NCBI GenBank assembly: GCA_965203485.1
Contig: OZ241892.1
Coordinates: 1,856,001-1,920,000 of the forward strand
DNA length: 64,000 nucleotides
Origin: Longimicrobiales bacterium
Lineage (GTDB): Bacteria; Gemmatimonadota; Gemmatimonadetes; Longimicrobiales; Gaopeijiaceae
Direction of reading: 5' to 3'
Part shown: positions 48,349-58,265 of the stretch, piece by piece
How positions within the stretch are numbered: position 1 is the stretch's first letter
How the letters are laid out: each line of letters begins with the position of its first letter
Position numbers and translations under genes: made by a program
The notes under the pieces: generated by a model
What the model was told of the DNA's origin: nothing
What the model saw: only the letters and a program-made list of their open reading frames with translations
Databases searched by the model: none

Positions 48349-48882
48349 TTAGCGGATTCTCCGGTAGATGGCGCGCGTGACGCGCTCCGTGCCGTCGTCG
48401 AGCGTCCTGCGGTACTCGTTGTCGATCGTCTGGCCGTCCTCCGACAGCACGTTGACGATGACTTGGTAGACTTCGCCGTCGCGCTGGTTGAGTATGTGGT
48501 TCGTGCGCTCGTCAACGACCTCCACGGCAGTGGACGCACCTTCCTGCCCTTCCACCGGGCGAAAGACGCCGTCGAACATCGTCACGTAGCCCCACTCGGA
48601 CATCTCGCCGTCCGCGTTCGTGGTGGCGACGGTGATCTTCATGCCGCCCTCGCCGTAGGGCTCGTACGTCATGACGTTGCGGTACGGCGCGGGCCTGTCG
48701 GTCTCCAGCTCCCAAACGCCGAAGCGGGGATTCCGGCCGGCTTCCGCGACATCGGCGCCGTCGGCCTGCAACTCGGGCGCCCCGGTCGCGGCGTTTCCGC
48801 CGTCCTCCGGCACGGGTCCGCATCCGGCGACGGCCACCGCCAGCGCCGGCAACAGCATTCTCCTCGCGATCCGCATTCGCAT
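48349..48882 (-). CDS. Hypothetical lipoprotein (possible lipocalin-like barrel)
   Basis: GGAGG ribosome-binding site; lipobox VAGC; GVWEL, VLSEDGQT. Confidence 0.72.
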   Translation of the reverse strand: MRMRIARRMLLPALAVAVAGCGPVPEDGGNAATGAPELQADGADVAEAGRNPRFGVWELETDRPAPYRNVMTYEPYGEGGMKITVATTNADGEMSEWGYVTMFDGVFRPVEGQEGASTAVEVVDERTNHILNQRDGEVYQVIVNVLSEDGQTIDNEYRRTLDDGTERVTRAIYRRIR

Positions 48883-49173
48883 GGTCCTCCGTTCTTCTTG
48901 GTCACGGGCCTCTGCGAGCCGGATCAGTGTACGCCCGAACGGGACGCGCGGCAAGGCGGAACCAGACGCGTTCCGGCCCGCATGGGACGCGGCCCAACGA
49001 CGCCAGCCGTCAGGCTGGCTGGCGCCCGAACGCGGCCGGCTCTGGTCCGTACCGGAGGCGACGAGCCGCCCACCAGGACTGGCGCCTTCGTGCCCATCGT
49101 GGCCAGATTGGACGTTGCTGGCGAGGCGCCTCCAGGTTCGCGCCGACCACTGGCAGGCCAGCAAGGAGGAGAG

Positions 49174-49640
49174 GTGAGCGCGAAGACAAGACCATCCAGA
49201 CGGCGGGCGGCGACTTTGGTCGCGGTGGCGGCGTTGTTGCCGCTGGGGGGCGCGTGCGATTCCCTCATCTTGCGCAGCGAGCCCGAGGCGGCCCGCATCC
49301 GGATCGGCAGCCCGGACGTGGAGACGGTCATTGTCGTCACTGCCAAGCGGTTCGCCTACGAACGGGACCCCGACTGCGCGGAGTGCCCGCCAGTCGTTAG
49401 GCCGGTCAACAGCGACACGCTGACGGCGTCGGTGCCGTTCGACCGGACCTACGCGCTGGACTCCCGACTCCAGTTCTTCGCGGAAACGTACGCCACCGGA
49501 ACCGAGCCGGTCACCTTGTCGATGACGGCGTACGTGGACGGCACCGAGTGGTCGCGCAGCACACGCGTCTTGCGGCCCCGGAACGAGAGCGGCGAGCCCG
49601 AGACGATTCAGTTCGTGTACGAGTACAGCCGGGCCAATCG

Positions 49641-49644
<4 letters not shown>
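49174..49644 (+). CDS. Hypothetical lipoprotein with a CxxC motif
   Basis: AGGAGG ribosome-binding site before GTG; lipobox GGAC; DPDCAECPP. Confidence 0.7.
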
Positions 49645-50834
<1,190 letters not shown>

Positions 50835-50975
50835 CCCATCGGCGATTCCGGGCATCAATCAAGACAAGGACGAACGCCCTCGTTCCCCGGAAAACGCGGA
50901 CTCGCCGGCGGCGCTTCGAGGGAGCGGAAACGTCGAGCGCGCCCCGCCGTCGCGCATGAAGCGACGCATACGCAC

Positions 50976-51013
50976 AAGAAGGGGTGGCCGCCCCACAGTA
51001 GGGCGACCACCCC
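50976..51013 (-). terminator. Rho-independent terminator-like hairpin downstream of susD
   Basis: Minus strand GGGGTGGTCGCCC-loop-GGGCGGCCACCCC followed by TTCTT. Confidence 0.7.
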
Positions 51014-51044
51014 CGGGCCTCTTGCAACGCGATGCGCTACGACA

Positions 51045-52364
51045 TCATGCCCTGGGAATGCACCGGGCCGTCAGTTCGCTCTTGATGTTGTCGTTGTACA
51101 GAGCTTCCTGGTCGGACAACGTGAACTTCGTCGGCCGCCCTGTGCCCGGCCGCTCCGAATCGTTCAAGGCTTCGAAGACGCGCCGCGTCAAGCCGAAGCG
51201 ATGGAGGTCCACTGCCCGATGGCCTTCCATGAACAGCTCCGCGAAACGCTCGGTCATGAGGTACTCCATCGCCACGGCCGGGTCCGTCGGCGTCTCGAAC
51301 GGGGGCAACTGAACGGCAGCCCGCAACCGGTTCAGAATAGCCATGGCGCCAGCCAGGTCGCCCGACCCGATCAACGCCTCGGCCTGGATCAGCCGCATCC
51401 CGTCCGAGTGCACCATGGGAATCGGATCGGTTATGCCGTTGTACTTCCATTGGCTGTAGTGCGGCGTTTCGTTGTCGGTCGCGACCTCGCCGTCGAAGTA
51501 CACGGGCATCCGCTTGTCGAACTCCATCGTCCACGGATCCCGCATGTACCCCGCTTCTTTGCTTTCGTCGATCTGATCCCACCACTTGTACATCAGGCCG
51601 GCGGCCTCGTTGAAGTTCTTGGTCGTGAGCTGCACCACGGCGTTGTTGAGTTGCGCGTTGAAGATCGCGTTGTATGAAAAAGCGTCCGGCACCATCGCCG
51701 CGTCAACCGCCGCCCCGGTCACGTCTCCCTTGACCAGCTTGGCCTGAGCGCGGCCCGCCACCGCGGCCGTTGCGTAGTCCGTTGCCCCCGCCGTCTGCGC
51801 CGTCTGCAACGCGTTTGTGAACCGTTGCACGGCCACGTCCAGCATTTCCATGTCCGTGACCACGGCGCCCTTTGTCGGGTCGGCGGCGCCGCCCTCGCGA
51901 TCGGCCACGGACTCGCAGAACGTCATGCCCAGGTAGAGAGCCGCAAATGCGCCGCTCAGGCGAACCTGAGCAGTCAGTTCGCTGGACGCGGCCTCTGCTT
52001 CGCCCATCACCCGCACGAAGCGGTCTTCCGCGTCAATCGAGTACCATTGCGCCCGGTGCCACGCGTCCTGCGTGCCGTCCATCGGGCTCGTCGCGTACTG
52101 GAACCGGCCATGGTCGGTCTCGTCGTATCCGCTCCACGTGCCGGTGTGCTGGTACTCGTCCGCCAGGAGCGCCTGATAGATGACGTAGCTGTCCATGACG
52201 CCATGAACGTCTCCCTCGACGCCGTTGGCGACTGCCGGCAACGCCGTGTCCACGTCGTCGGACGTGTAGCGCTGCGGGTCGGATACTGTCAGCAGGTCGC
52301 ATCCCCCCAGAAAGAGAACGGAGGCCATGGCGGCCTTCCATCCCCTGAAGATTCTTCCGTTCAT
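51045..52364 (-). CDS. SusD/RagB-family outer-membrane lipoprotein
   Basis: Lipobox LGGC; LI.AEA, LNRLRA, ERFAELFMEGHR.VDL.R; directly follows the SusC-like gene. Confidence 0.88.
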   Translation of the reverse strand: MNGRIFRGWKAAMASVLFLGGCDLLTVSDPQRYTSDDVDTALPAVANGVEGDVHGVMDSYVIYQALLADEYQHTGTWSGYDETDHGRFQYATSPMDGTQDAWHRAQWYSIDAEDRFVRVMGEAEAASSELTAQVRLSGAFAALYLGMTFCESVADREGGAADPTKGAVVTDMEMLDVAVQRFTNALQTAQTAGATDYATAAVAGRAQAKLVKGDVTGAAVDAAMVPDAFSYNAIFNAQLNNAVVQLTTKNFNEAAGLMYKWWDQIDESKEAGYMRDPWTMEFDKRMPVYFDGEVATDNETPHYSQWKYNGITDPIPMVHSDGMRLIQAEALIGSGDLAGAMAILNRLRAAVQLPPFETPTDPAVAMEYLMTERFAELFMEGHRAVDLHRFGLTRRVFEALNDSERPGTGRPTKFTLSDQEALYNDNIKSELTARCIPRA

Positions 52365-52397
52365 TTGGCTTGTCCTTTCTCGCTCGTCGCGGGCGTA

Positions 52398-55379
52398 TCA
52401 GAACCTTGTCCGGAAGGACAAGAGGAAACGTCGCGGCTGCGGCAACGCCAGGAAGCTAGACGTTGCGAAGTCCCTTCCCCCCTGATACAGACCGTTGGGA
52501 TCCGTGCAGTTGCAATTGTCCCACCAGTGGAGGTTGTAGCCGGAGAGCGTCACCGTCGTGCGCTGAAGGCTGAGCACGCTCGTCATGGTTTCGGGCAGCG
52601 TGTACGAAATCGACACTTCCTGGAGGCGAATGTTGTCCCGAGAATCCACGGGATACGCCAAGCGATGCCGGTTCAGGACCGAGTCGCTGGCCGGAGTGTT
52701 CGATCCGTCGGGCGCCAAGTGCATCAGGTATTCGTCGTACGCCAGCTGGCGGACGCCGTATCCACGGTCCGAGTTGACGACCGACGAGCCCCACTCGCCG
52801 CGGAACTGCACCGAGACGTTCAGCGACTGCCCAATCGAGAAGTTGTTCGACAGGGACGCGGAATGCGTCGGCAGTCCCGCGTTGCCTTGGTAGAACGGAT
52901 ACGTCGAACGAATGTGCGTGCGCGTCTCCGGATCCCACCCGACCACTTGCGTGCGAATGATTTCAAGGATCGGGAATCCCTCCCAATAGCCTCCGAGGCG
53001 ATTGTGGTATGTCCACCCGGCTACTTCCGTGCCATTGTATATGGGCAGGGAGTCCGCGGTGGCTGTCGGGCCGAGGTCGAGAATCTCCTGATGCGTCCAC
53101 GAGAAGGTCGCGCCCGAGGACCACCGGAAGCTTCGCCTGTCGACGTTCGTCGAGTTGACGCCCAGCTCCACTCCGTGGTTAAGGATCTTGCCGACGTTGC
53201 GGAGCTGCGAGCCCGAGAAGCCCTGGCTCGGCGGCAACGGAATGCCGAGCAAGGCATTGGTCGTGGTGGCGTGGAAGTACGTGGCGTCGACGCCGATCCG
53301 GTCGTGCCACAAGCCGAGGTCCATGCCGGCCTCGTATTCCAGCTTGACCTCGGGCTCCAGAGCATCGTTGCCCGGGTTCGCAGGCCGGACGCCCGCTTCG
53401 TCGTCCAGAACCGTGCTGGGCTGGTAGGTCAGGAACTGGTCGTAGGCTCCCGGCGACTTTCCGGCCGTGCCCACCGCGGCGCGCAGCTTCGCGCTGCTGA
53501 TGAACGCGGGCAGGACGCTGGGGTCGAGGTTGTAGGCCACGTCGGCCTTCGGATACACCTGGAAGCCGTAGTTCTGGCCGAAGGCGCTGTTGCCGTCCAC
53601 GCGAACCGCGCCGGTGACGAAGAGATCCTCCGTGACGTCGAAGCGGTTTTGGACGAAGAAGCCCACGTTCACTTCCTCAGCTTCGGTCTCGGCGCCGAAG
53701 TTGCGCGCGGCCCCGCTGACGGTGGTTACGCCTTCGCCGGCGAAGTCCTTGCCGGTCGCCATCTGGAACGACTGGATCTGCCAGTATCCCTGCATCCCGA
53801 AGGCGAGCGTCCCGCCCAAGTCGCCGAGGACGGGCAACTCCCAGTCCAGGTTCGCCAAGTACTCGGCTGTGTAGCTTTCGTTGTGCCGGTAGCCGAGGTT
53901 CCGCTCGCCCAACCTGCCGATGTACGTGTAGTGGTGGCCGAAGGGCATTATCCGGCTCTTCTGGTCGGTGACGGCGTCCAGGCCGACCCTCGCCGTGTGC
54001 GTGAAGTTGGAACGCGGATTCCACTGAAGCGTGATGCCGCCGGTGTAGCGTCTGGCGTCCGAGAAGGTGGACAGCCTCTGGGCGTCCGCGACCGTCACGT
54101 CGAGGCCCCCGCCGTACGGTTCGTCAGCCGTGGTGTTGAGCGGATTGGCGAGCAGTGCGTTGGTGTAGATGCCCAGCCAGTTGTTGCCCGACTGCAACGA
54201 CCATATCCGGTTCCTGACGTAGCCCGAGACGATGCCGATGGTCAGGTTCTCCGCGGCCGTCCAGTTCAGGTTCACCCGCAAGTTGGCCTTCTTCTGGTCG
54301 TTGGGCTTGATCGACCCCTCTTCGTACGCGAAGCCGCCGGACACGAAGTAGGTAACGGCTTCCCCCCCCCCGTCCACGGTCATGTCGTACGAGTTGATGA
54401 GCCCGTTCTCGATGAGCGTCTCGTTGGGGTCCAGCGCCCGGGTGCCGTCCTTGCCCAAGAACCGGGGCCGCAACTTGGTCGGCCAGTTGGCGCGGTGCCG
54501 GTTGAGGCCGACGCTGGAGCTGAAGGTGAAGTTGGCCGGGCTGTTGTTGCGTCCGCGCTTGGTGAACACCTGGATCACTCCGCCCGACGCCTCCGATCCG
54601 TAGAGCGTGGCGGCCGCCGGCCCCTTCAGGACTTCGATGCGGTCGATCTCGTCCGGATTCAGGTCGGACAGGCGATCTTCGCCGGCTCCTCCGCTGAACG
54701 CGCAACAGGTCGTCGAGAAACCGGTCCCGGCAACCCCGCTGCCCCATTCGGAGCCCCGGCTGTCCACTCGAACCCCGTCGATGTAGATGACGGGCCGCTG
54801 GCTGAGCGAGAACGAGTCGTTGCCCCGGACGGTCAACGGCCTCGAAGAACCGACGCCGCCGACGGAGCCGACGGAGCGGACTCCGGCGATCTGCCCCTCC
54901 ATCAACTGGCTGAAGTCCGTGATGGGCACCCGGTTCTGCCGTTCCTCCGCGTCCAACGACCCGGCTGACGTGCCGAGCTTGCGACGCTCGACCGCGCCGG
55001 CGGTGCCCGTCACGATGACTTCGTCGAGCGCGACGGCCGAGATCGCCAACTCGAAGTCGAGCGCCGCGACCGCGCCGGCGGCGACGGTGACCTCCTGCGA
55101 GGCCGCGGCATAGCCGACATGGGCGGTCTGAACCGTGTAGGCGCCGGCGGGCACGCCCGGGATGAGGAAGCGGCCGTTGGCGTTGGAGAGCGTCCGCAAC
55201 TCCGTGTCCAGCAACCGAATCAGCGTGCCGTTGATCGGCAAACCCGTGGTCGCGTCCGTCACCGTCCCCGTGACCGAACCGCTCTGGGCGGCCGCTCCCG
55301 CCGGCAACAGGAGGGTCATCGCGACGGCGACGGGCCGCAACGGAACCCGCGGCAGAAGATGTTGTAGCGCTTGCTTCAT
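52398..55379 (-). CDS. SusC/RagA-family TonB-dependent transporter
   Basis: Carboxypeptidase-regulatory-like N-domain; LDEVIVTG TonB box; PVIYIDGVRV, DLNPDEIDRIEVLKGPAAATLYGSEASGGVI; GN..LEPE; C-terminal Phe. Confidence 0.93.
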   Translation of the reverse strand: MKQALQHLLPRVPLRPVAVAMTLLLPAGAAAQSGSVTGTVTDATTGLPINGTLIRLLDTELRTLSNANGRFLIPGVPAGAYTVQTAHVGYAAASQEVTVAAGAVAALDFELAISAVALDEVIVTGTAGAVERRKLGTSAGSLDAEERQNRVPITDFSQLMEGQIAGVRSVGSVGGVGSSRPLTVRGNDSFSLSQRPVIYIDGVRVDSRGSEWGSGVAGTGFSTTCCAFSGGAGEDRLSDLNPDEIDRIEVLKGPAAATLYGSEASGGVIQVFTKRGRNNSPANFTFSSSVGLNRHRANWPTKLRPRFLGKDGTRALDPNETLIENGLINSYDMTVDGGGEAVTYFVSGGFAYEEGSIKPNDQKKANLRVNLNWTAAENLTIGIVSGYVRNRIWSLQSGNNWLGIYTNALLANPLNTTADEPYGGGLDVTVADAQRLSTFSDARRYTGGITLQWNPRSNFTHTARVGLDAVTDQKSRIMPFGHHYTYIGRLGERNLGYRHNESYTAEYLANLDWELPVLGDLGGTLAFGMQGYWQIQSFQMATGKDFAGEGVTTVSGAARNFGAETEAEEVNVGFFVQNRFDVTEDLFVTGAVRVDGNSAFGQNYGFQVYPKADVAYNLDPSVLPAFISSAKLRAAVGTAGKSPGAYDQFLTYQPSTVLDDEAGVRPANPGNDALEPEVKLEYEAGMDLGLWHDRIGVDATYFHATTTNALLGIPLPPSQGFSGSQLRNVGKILNHGVELGVNSTNVDRRSFRWSSGATFSWTHQEILDLGPTATADSLPIYNGTEVAGWTYHNRLGGYWEGFPILEIIRTQVVGWDPETRTHIRSTYPFYQGNAGLPTHSASLSNNFSIGQSLNVSVQFRGEWGSSVVNSDRGYGVRQLAYDEYLMHLAPDGSNTPASDSVLNRHRLAYPVDSRDNIRLQEVSISYTLPETMTSVLSLQRTTVTLSGYNLHWWDNCNCTDPNGLYQGGRDFATSSFLALPQPRRFLLSFRTRF
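54362..54371. repeat. C10 tract (G10 on the coding strand) inside susC, currently in frame
   Basis: GAC GGG GGG GGG GAA on the minus strand. Confidence 0.9.
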
Positions 55380-55459
55380 GTCCTCTCCTCGTGGTGTTGA
55401 AGATCTTCCTCGGGCGAGCGCGCGTCCCTGGCGCAACCCCCCTCGCTACGAACCCAAAC

Positions 55460-55489
55460 AGGTTACGGCGACGATGTCCGGTCGCGCAA
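55460..55489 (-). promoter_or_regulatory. Possible sigma70-type promoter for susCD
   Basis: TTGCGC-N18-TAACCT about 80 nt upstream of the susC start; weak match by eye. Confidence 0.3.
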
Positions 55490-55532
55490 GAGCGTGGGCG
55501 AGGCCGGGCTCCGGCTGGAGATCGAGCCGGAA

Positions 55533-56771
55533 CTAGAGCGACATCAGGAACCGGATCACTGCCCTGCGGCCGTCCGGAGGGAGGGCCGCGAAGGCGTCCC
55601 GGGCCGACGTCCCCTCGCCGGCGTGCGCCGCCACCGCTTCCGCGGGACTGCTCGCCCGCCCGTCGTGCAGCAACCGCGTGCGGTGGCGCAGGCCCCAAAG
55701 CGGCGCGGTGCGAAGCTCGCCCGGAGCCGCGTCGCTTCCGCACACGTCGGCGAGCGCCGGACCCATGTCGTGCAGGAGCATGTCCGAATACGGGAAGACC
55801 GCGCGCCCGGCCAAGGCGGCGGGCGCCGCGGCCGCGCCTGTCCGCAACTCCGGCCGGTGGCAAGAGGCGCAACCGATCTGGCGGAACAGGGCCGCACCGC
55901 GGGCGATGGTGTCGGCCGCTTGTCCGGAGCCGGGCGCCTCCGGAGCCGGCGGAGCCAGCAACCTTACGTAGTCCGCCAGCAGGCCCAGCGTTTCCCCGTC
56001 GATTTCGGGGTCGGGCATGGGATCGGCGGCGGCAGGCACGGGGACGCCGTTGCGGGGCTCCTCCGACGGGTGGCCGGGCGTCGTGAAGCCGAGTTCGAAG
56101 CGGAGGGCCGCGTCCACGAAGCCCTCGATGGCGGCGGCTTCGCCCTTGCGGCCGAAGCGGGCGGCGCGGCCCCTTGCCGGTCCACGGGCGACTCGCGGCA
56201 ACCGGCCCGAGATGCCGTCGGCGTCGGCGTCGTCCGGGTCCTCCCACTCTTGGAGAACGGAGTCGGGCACGGCTTCCAGCAATCCCAGCCCCAGCAGCGG
56301 CGGCGCGAGAACGAGGGACGTTGCGGTGGCGCTCTCGGGAACGACCTCCGGCGCCAGGCCAAGCTCCCGAGCCAGGTCGGTGACGCGGCGCTGCACGTTG
56401 TCGCCGCCTTGCGCTTCGAGCAGGTCGCACCGGCCGAGCGCGAACCGCGTCGCCTTGAGGACGGGAAGCCGGGCGCTGCCCCCGCCTACGACGGGCTCGT
56501 CGTGGCAGTCGCTGCACCGCTCGGCGTTGTAGAGAGGCCCCAGTCCCTCCTCGGCAGTCGCCAAGCGCTCGAAGAGGGCCCGGCCCAGGAGGAAGCGGCC
56601 GCGCTCGCGCGCCGTCAGGCCGGGGACGGGCTCGCCCGGGGCCGTGGGCGGCAGGGCGTTCGCCGGGTCGCCGTCCGCGTCGCACGTTGCCGGAAGAAGG
56701 ATTGCGAGGACGAGCACGCGCGACGCGGCGCGGCCGGCACGGTCTCGGGTCGCCGCCCCTCGCCGGCTCAC
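55533..56771 (-). CDS. Di-haem oxidoreductase (DHOR-family) protein 2
   Basis: Haem c motifs CSDCH and CASCH; GLGPLYN, DPDDADADGISGR, YSDMLLHDMG, RTAPLWG, LHDGRA; signal ending PATC. Confidence 0.87.
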   Translation of the reverse strand: MSRRGAATRDRAGRAASRVLVLAILLPATCDADGDPANALPPTAPGEPVPGLTARERGRFLLGRALFERLATAEEGLGPLYNAERCSDCHDEPVVGGGSARLPVLKATRFALGRCDLLEAQGGDNVQRRVTDLARELGLAPEVVPESATATSLVLAPPLLGLGLLEAVPDSVLQEWEDPDDADADGISGRLPRVARGPARGRAARFGRKGEAAAIEGFVDAALRFELGFTTPGHPSEEPRNGVPVPAAADPMPDPEIDGETLGLLADYVRLLAPPAPEAPGSGQAADTIARGAALFRQIGCASCHRPELRTGAAAAPAALAGRAVFPYSDMLLHDMGPALADVCGSDAAPGELRTAPLWGLRHRTRLLHDGRASSPAEAVAAHAGEGTSARDAFAALPPDGRRAVIRFLMSL

Positions 56772-58258
56772 TTTCCCGCGTCCTCCAGCATGCGTCGCGC
56801 CTTGGCGATCGCGGCCTGGACGCCCCTCTCCCGGAGCTCAGCGCTCGCTCGCGCCATCAACCATGTCTCAAGCAGTGGAGACAGGGAGCGGCTCTGCCCA
56901 CGCCGGGCCACCAACGTCTCCATGTGGCGGGCGAGGGCGCCGCGCGCCGGGGCCGGCGGCGCGTCGAGCTCCAAGGCGCGGGTCCAGTACTCCATTTCGT
57001 CGGCGTGAGCGGCGGCCATGGCTTCTTCCAGGGCGGATTCCAGCGACACGCCCCTCGCGCGCAGATCCGCCAAGCGGAGTTCTCGGACAGCCAGCTCGCC
57101 GACCAAGTCCGCTTGCGCCCGGCCTTCGGCAGAGGCCAGCTCCGCCCGGGCCGCGGAGGACAGGAACAGGACGTAGCGCGCGACGACGCCCGCCACCAGG
57201 GTCCCGCCCTCCCATTCCACCATCGCCAGCTCCGAGTCGAGCCAATCAATGGGCCGGGCGGCGATCCGGGCCATCGCCTCCTCGGCTCCCCGGGCGACCG
57301 TCATCGCCCGTTCTTCCCGCGCCCGTTCGCCGGCCTCCGCGTCGGCGGCCGCCAGCCGCCGCTCCCGCAACCGGTCCGCGAAAAGGCGCCGCACCTCTTC
57401 CAACCGGGGACGGTAGAGGACGTGATAGCCGGCGCCGCTCTGGACCACCCCCGAGATCTGGCCCGGCTCCAGCCCGAAGGCGGCTCGGTCCAATCCGGAC
57501 GGCAACTCCCCCCTGGCCACGAGCCCAAGCAACCCGGAGGCGCCGCGGGAGTCCACGTCTTCGCTCTCGGCTACCGCGTCGGTCCACGATCCTCCGTCGA
57601 TCAGCGCCTGGACGATGCGCTCGGCCGTCCGTCGCTGCAGCACCTGCTCCGCGGACGAACTCGCGGAGCCCACTCGGCGCAGGACTTGCGCCACCAGCCG
57701 CAGCGAACCTTCGTGGAAGACGCTGTCCACGGCCGCCGGTCCGGAGAGCCTCGCTTGGGCTCCCAAACGCGCCTCGCGGTCGGCGGCAAGCAACGCCTCC
57801 CGCCGGTCCAGCCAAGAGGACGCCGCAAGAGCCTCGGACCCGAGAAGCGAGTCGCCGGCCGCAAAGCGCGCGGCCAGGGACGCCGCGCCTTGCCAGTGGC
57901 GAACCAGGGCCAGCGCCGGGGCCGAGTCCAGCGGGAACGGCTGCGCCAGAACCAGCAACTCGGCCAGCCGGTCCTCGGAAAGGGTCCAGTCCCCCGCCGT
58001 GGCCACCAGCCCGCGCCGCCCCAGCTCGTCGCACGCATGGATCGCGAGCAACGCGGCAACGAACGCCGTGGCCGCAACGCCAGGCCGGCGCGGCCGCCCA
58101 AGCCGCGAACCGCCCCCGACCGGCCGCCACGGCCTTGGCCGCAAGAATGAAGGTCGGCAAGCATGCGCATTCACGTGGGCTGCGTCGCGAACGGGCCGGC
58201 GCGCGGGCTTGCGCGTCGCGGCGCCGAGCGCGGTCCGCGTGGGACGCGACCGAACCAT
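56768..58258 (-). CDS. Parvulin-type peptidylprolyl isomerase / SurA-like chaperone (lipoprotein-like); start uncertain
   Basis: SED..S....G.LG....GEL...LDRAAFGLEPGQISGVVQS..GYHVL; hydrophobic stretch ending IHAC. Confidence 0.8.
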   Translation of the reverse strand: MVRSRPTRTALGAATRKPARRPVRDAAHVNAHACRPSFLRPRPWRPVGGGSRLGRPRRPGVAATAFVAALLAIHACDELGRRGLVATAGDWTLSEDRLAELLVLAQPFPLDSAPALALVRHWQGAASLAARFAAGDSLLGSEALAASSWLDRREALLAADREARLGAQARLSGPAAVDSVFHEGSLRLVAQVLRRVGSASSSAEQVLQRRTAERIVQALIDGGSWTDAVAESEDVDSRGASGLLGLVARGELPSGLDRAAFGLEPGQISGVVQSGAGYHVLYRPRLEEVRRLFADRLRERRLAAADAEAGERAREERAMTVARGAEEAMARIAARPIDWLDSELAMVEWEGGTLVAGVVARYVLFLSSAARAELASAEGRAQADLVGELAVRELRLADLRARGVSLESALEEAMAAAHADEMEYWTRALELDAPPAPARGALARHMETLVARRGQSRSLSPLLETWLMARASAELRERGVQAAIAKARRMLEDAGK

Positions 58259-58265
58259 GGCCGCT

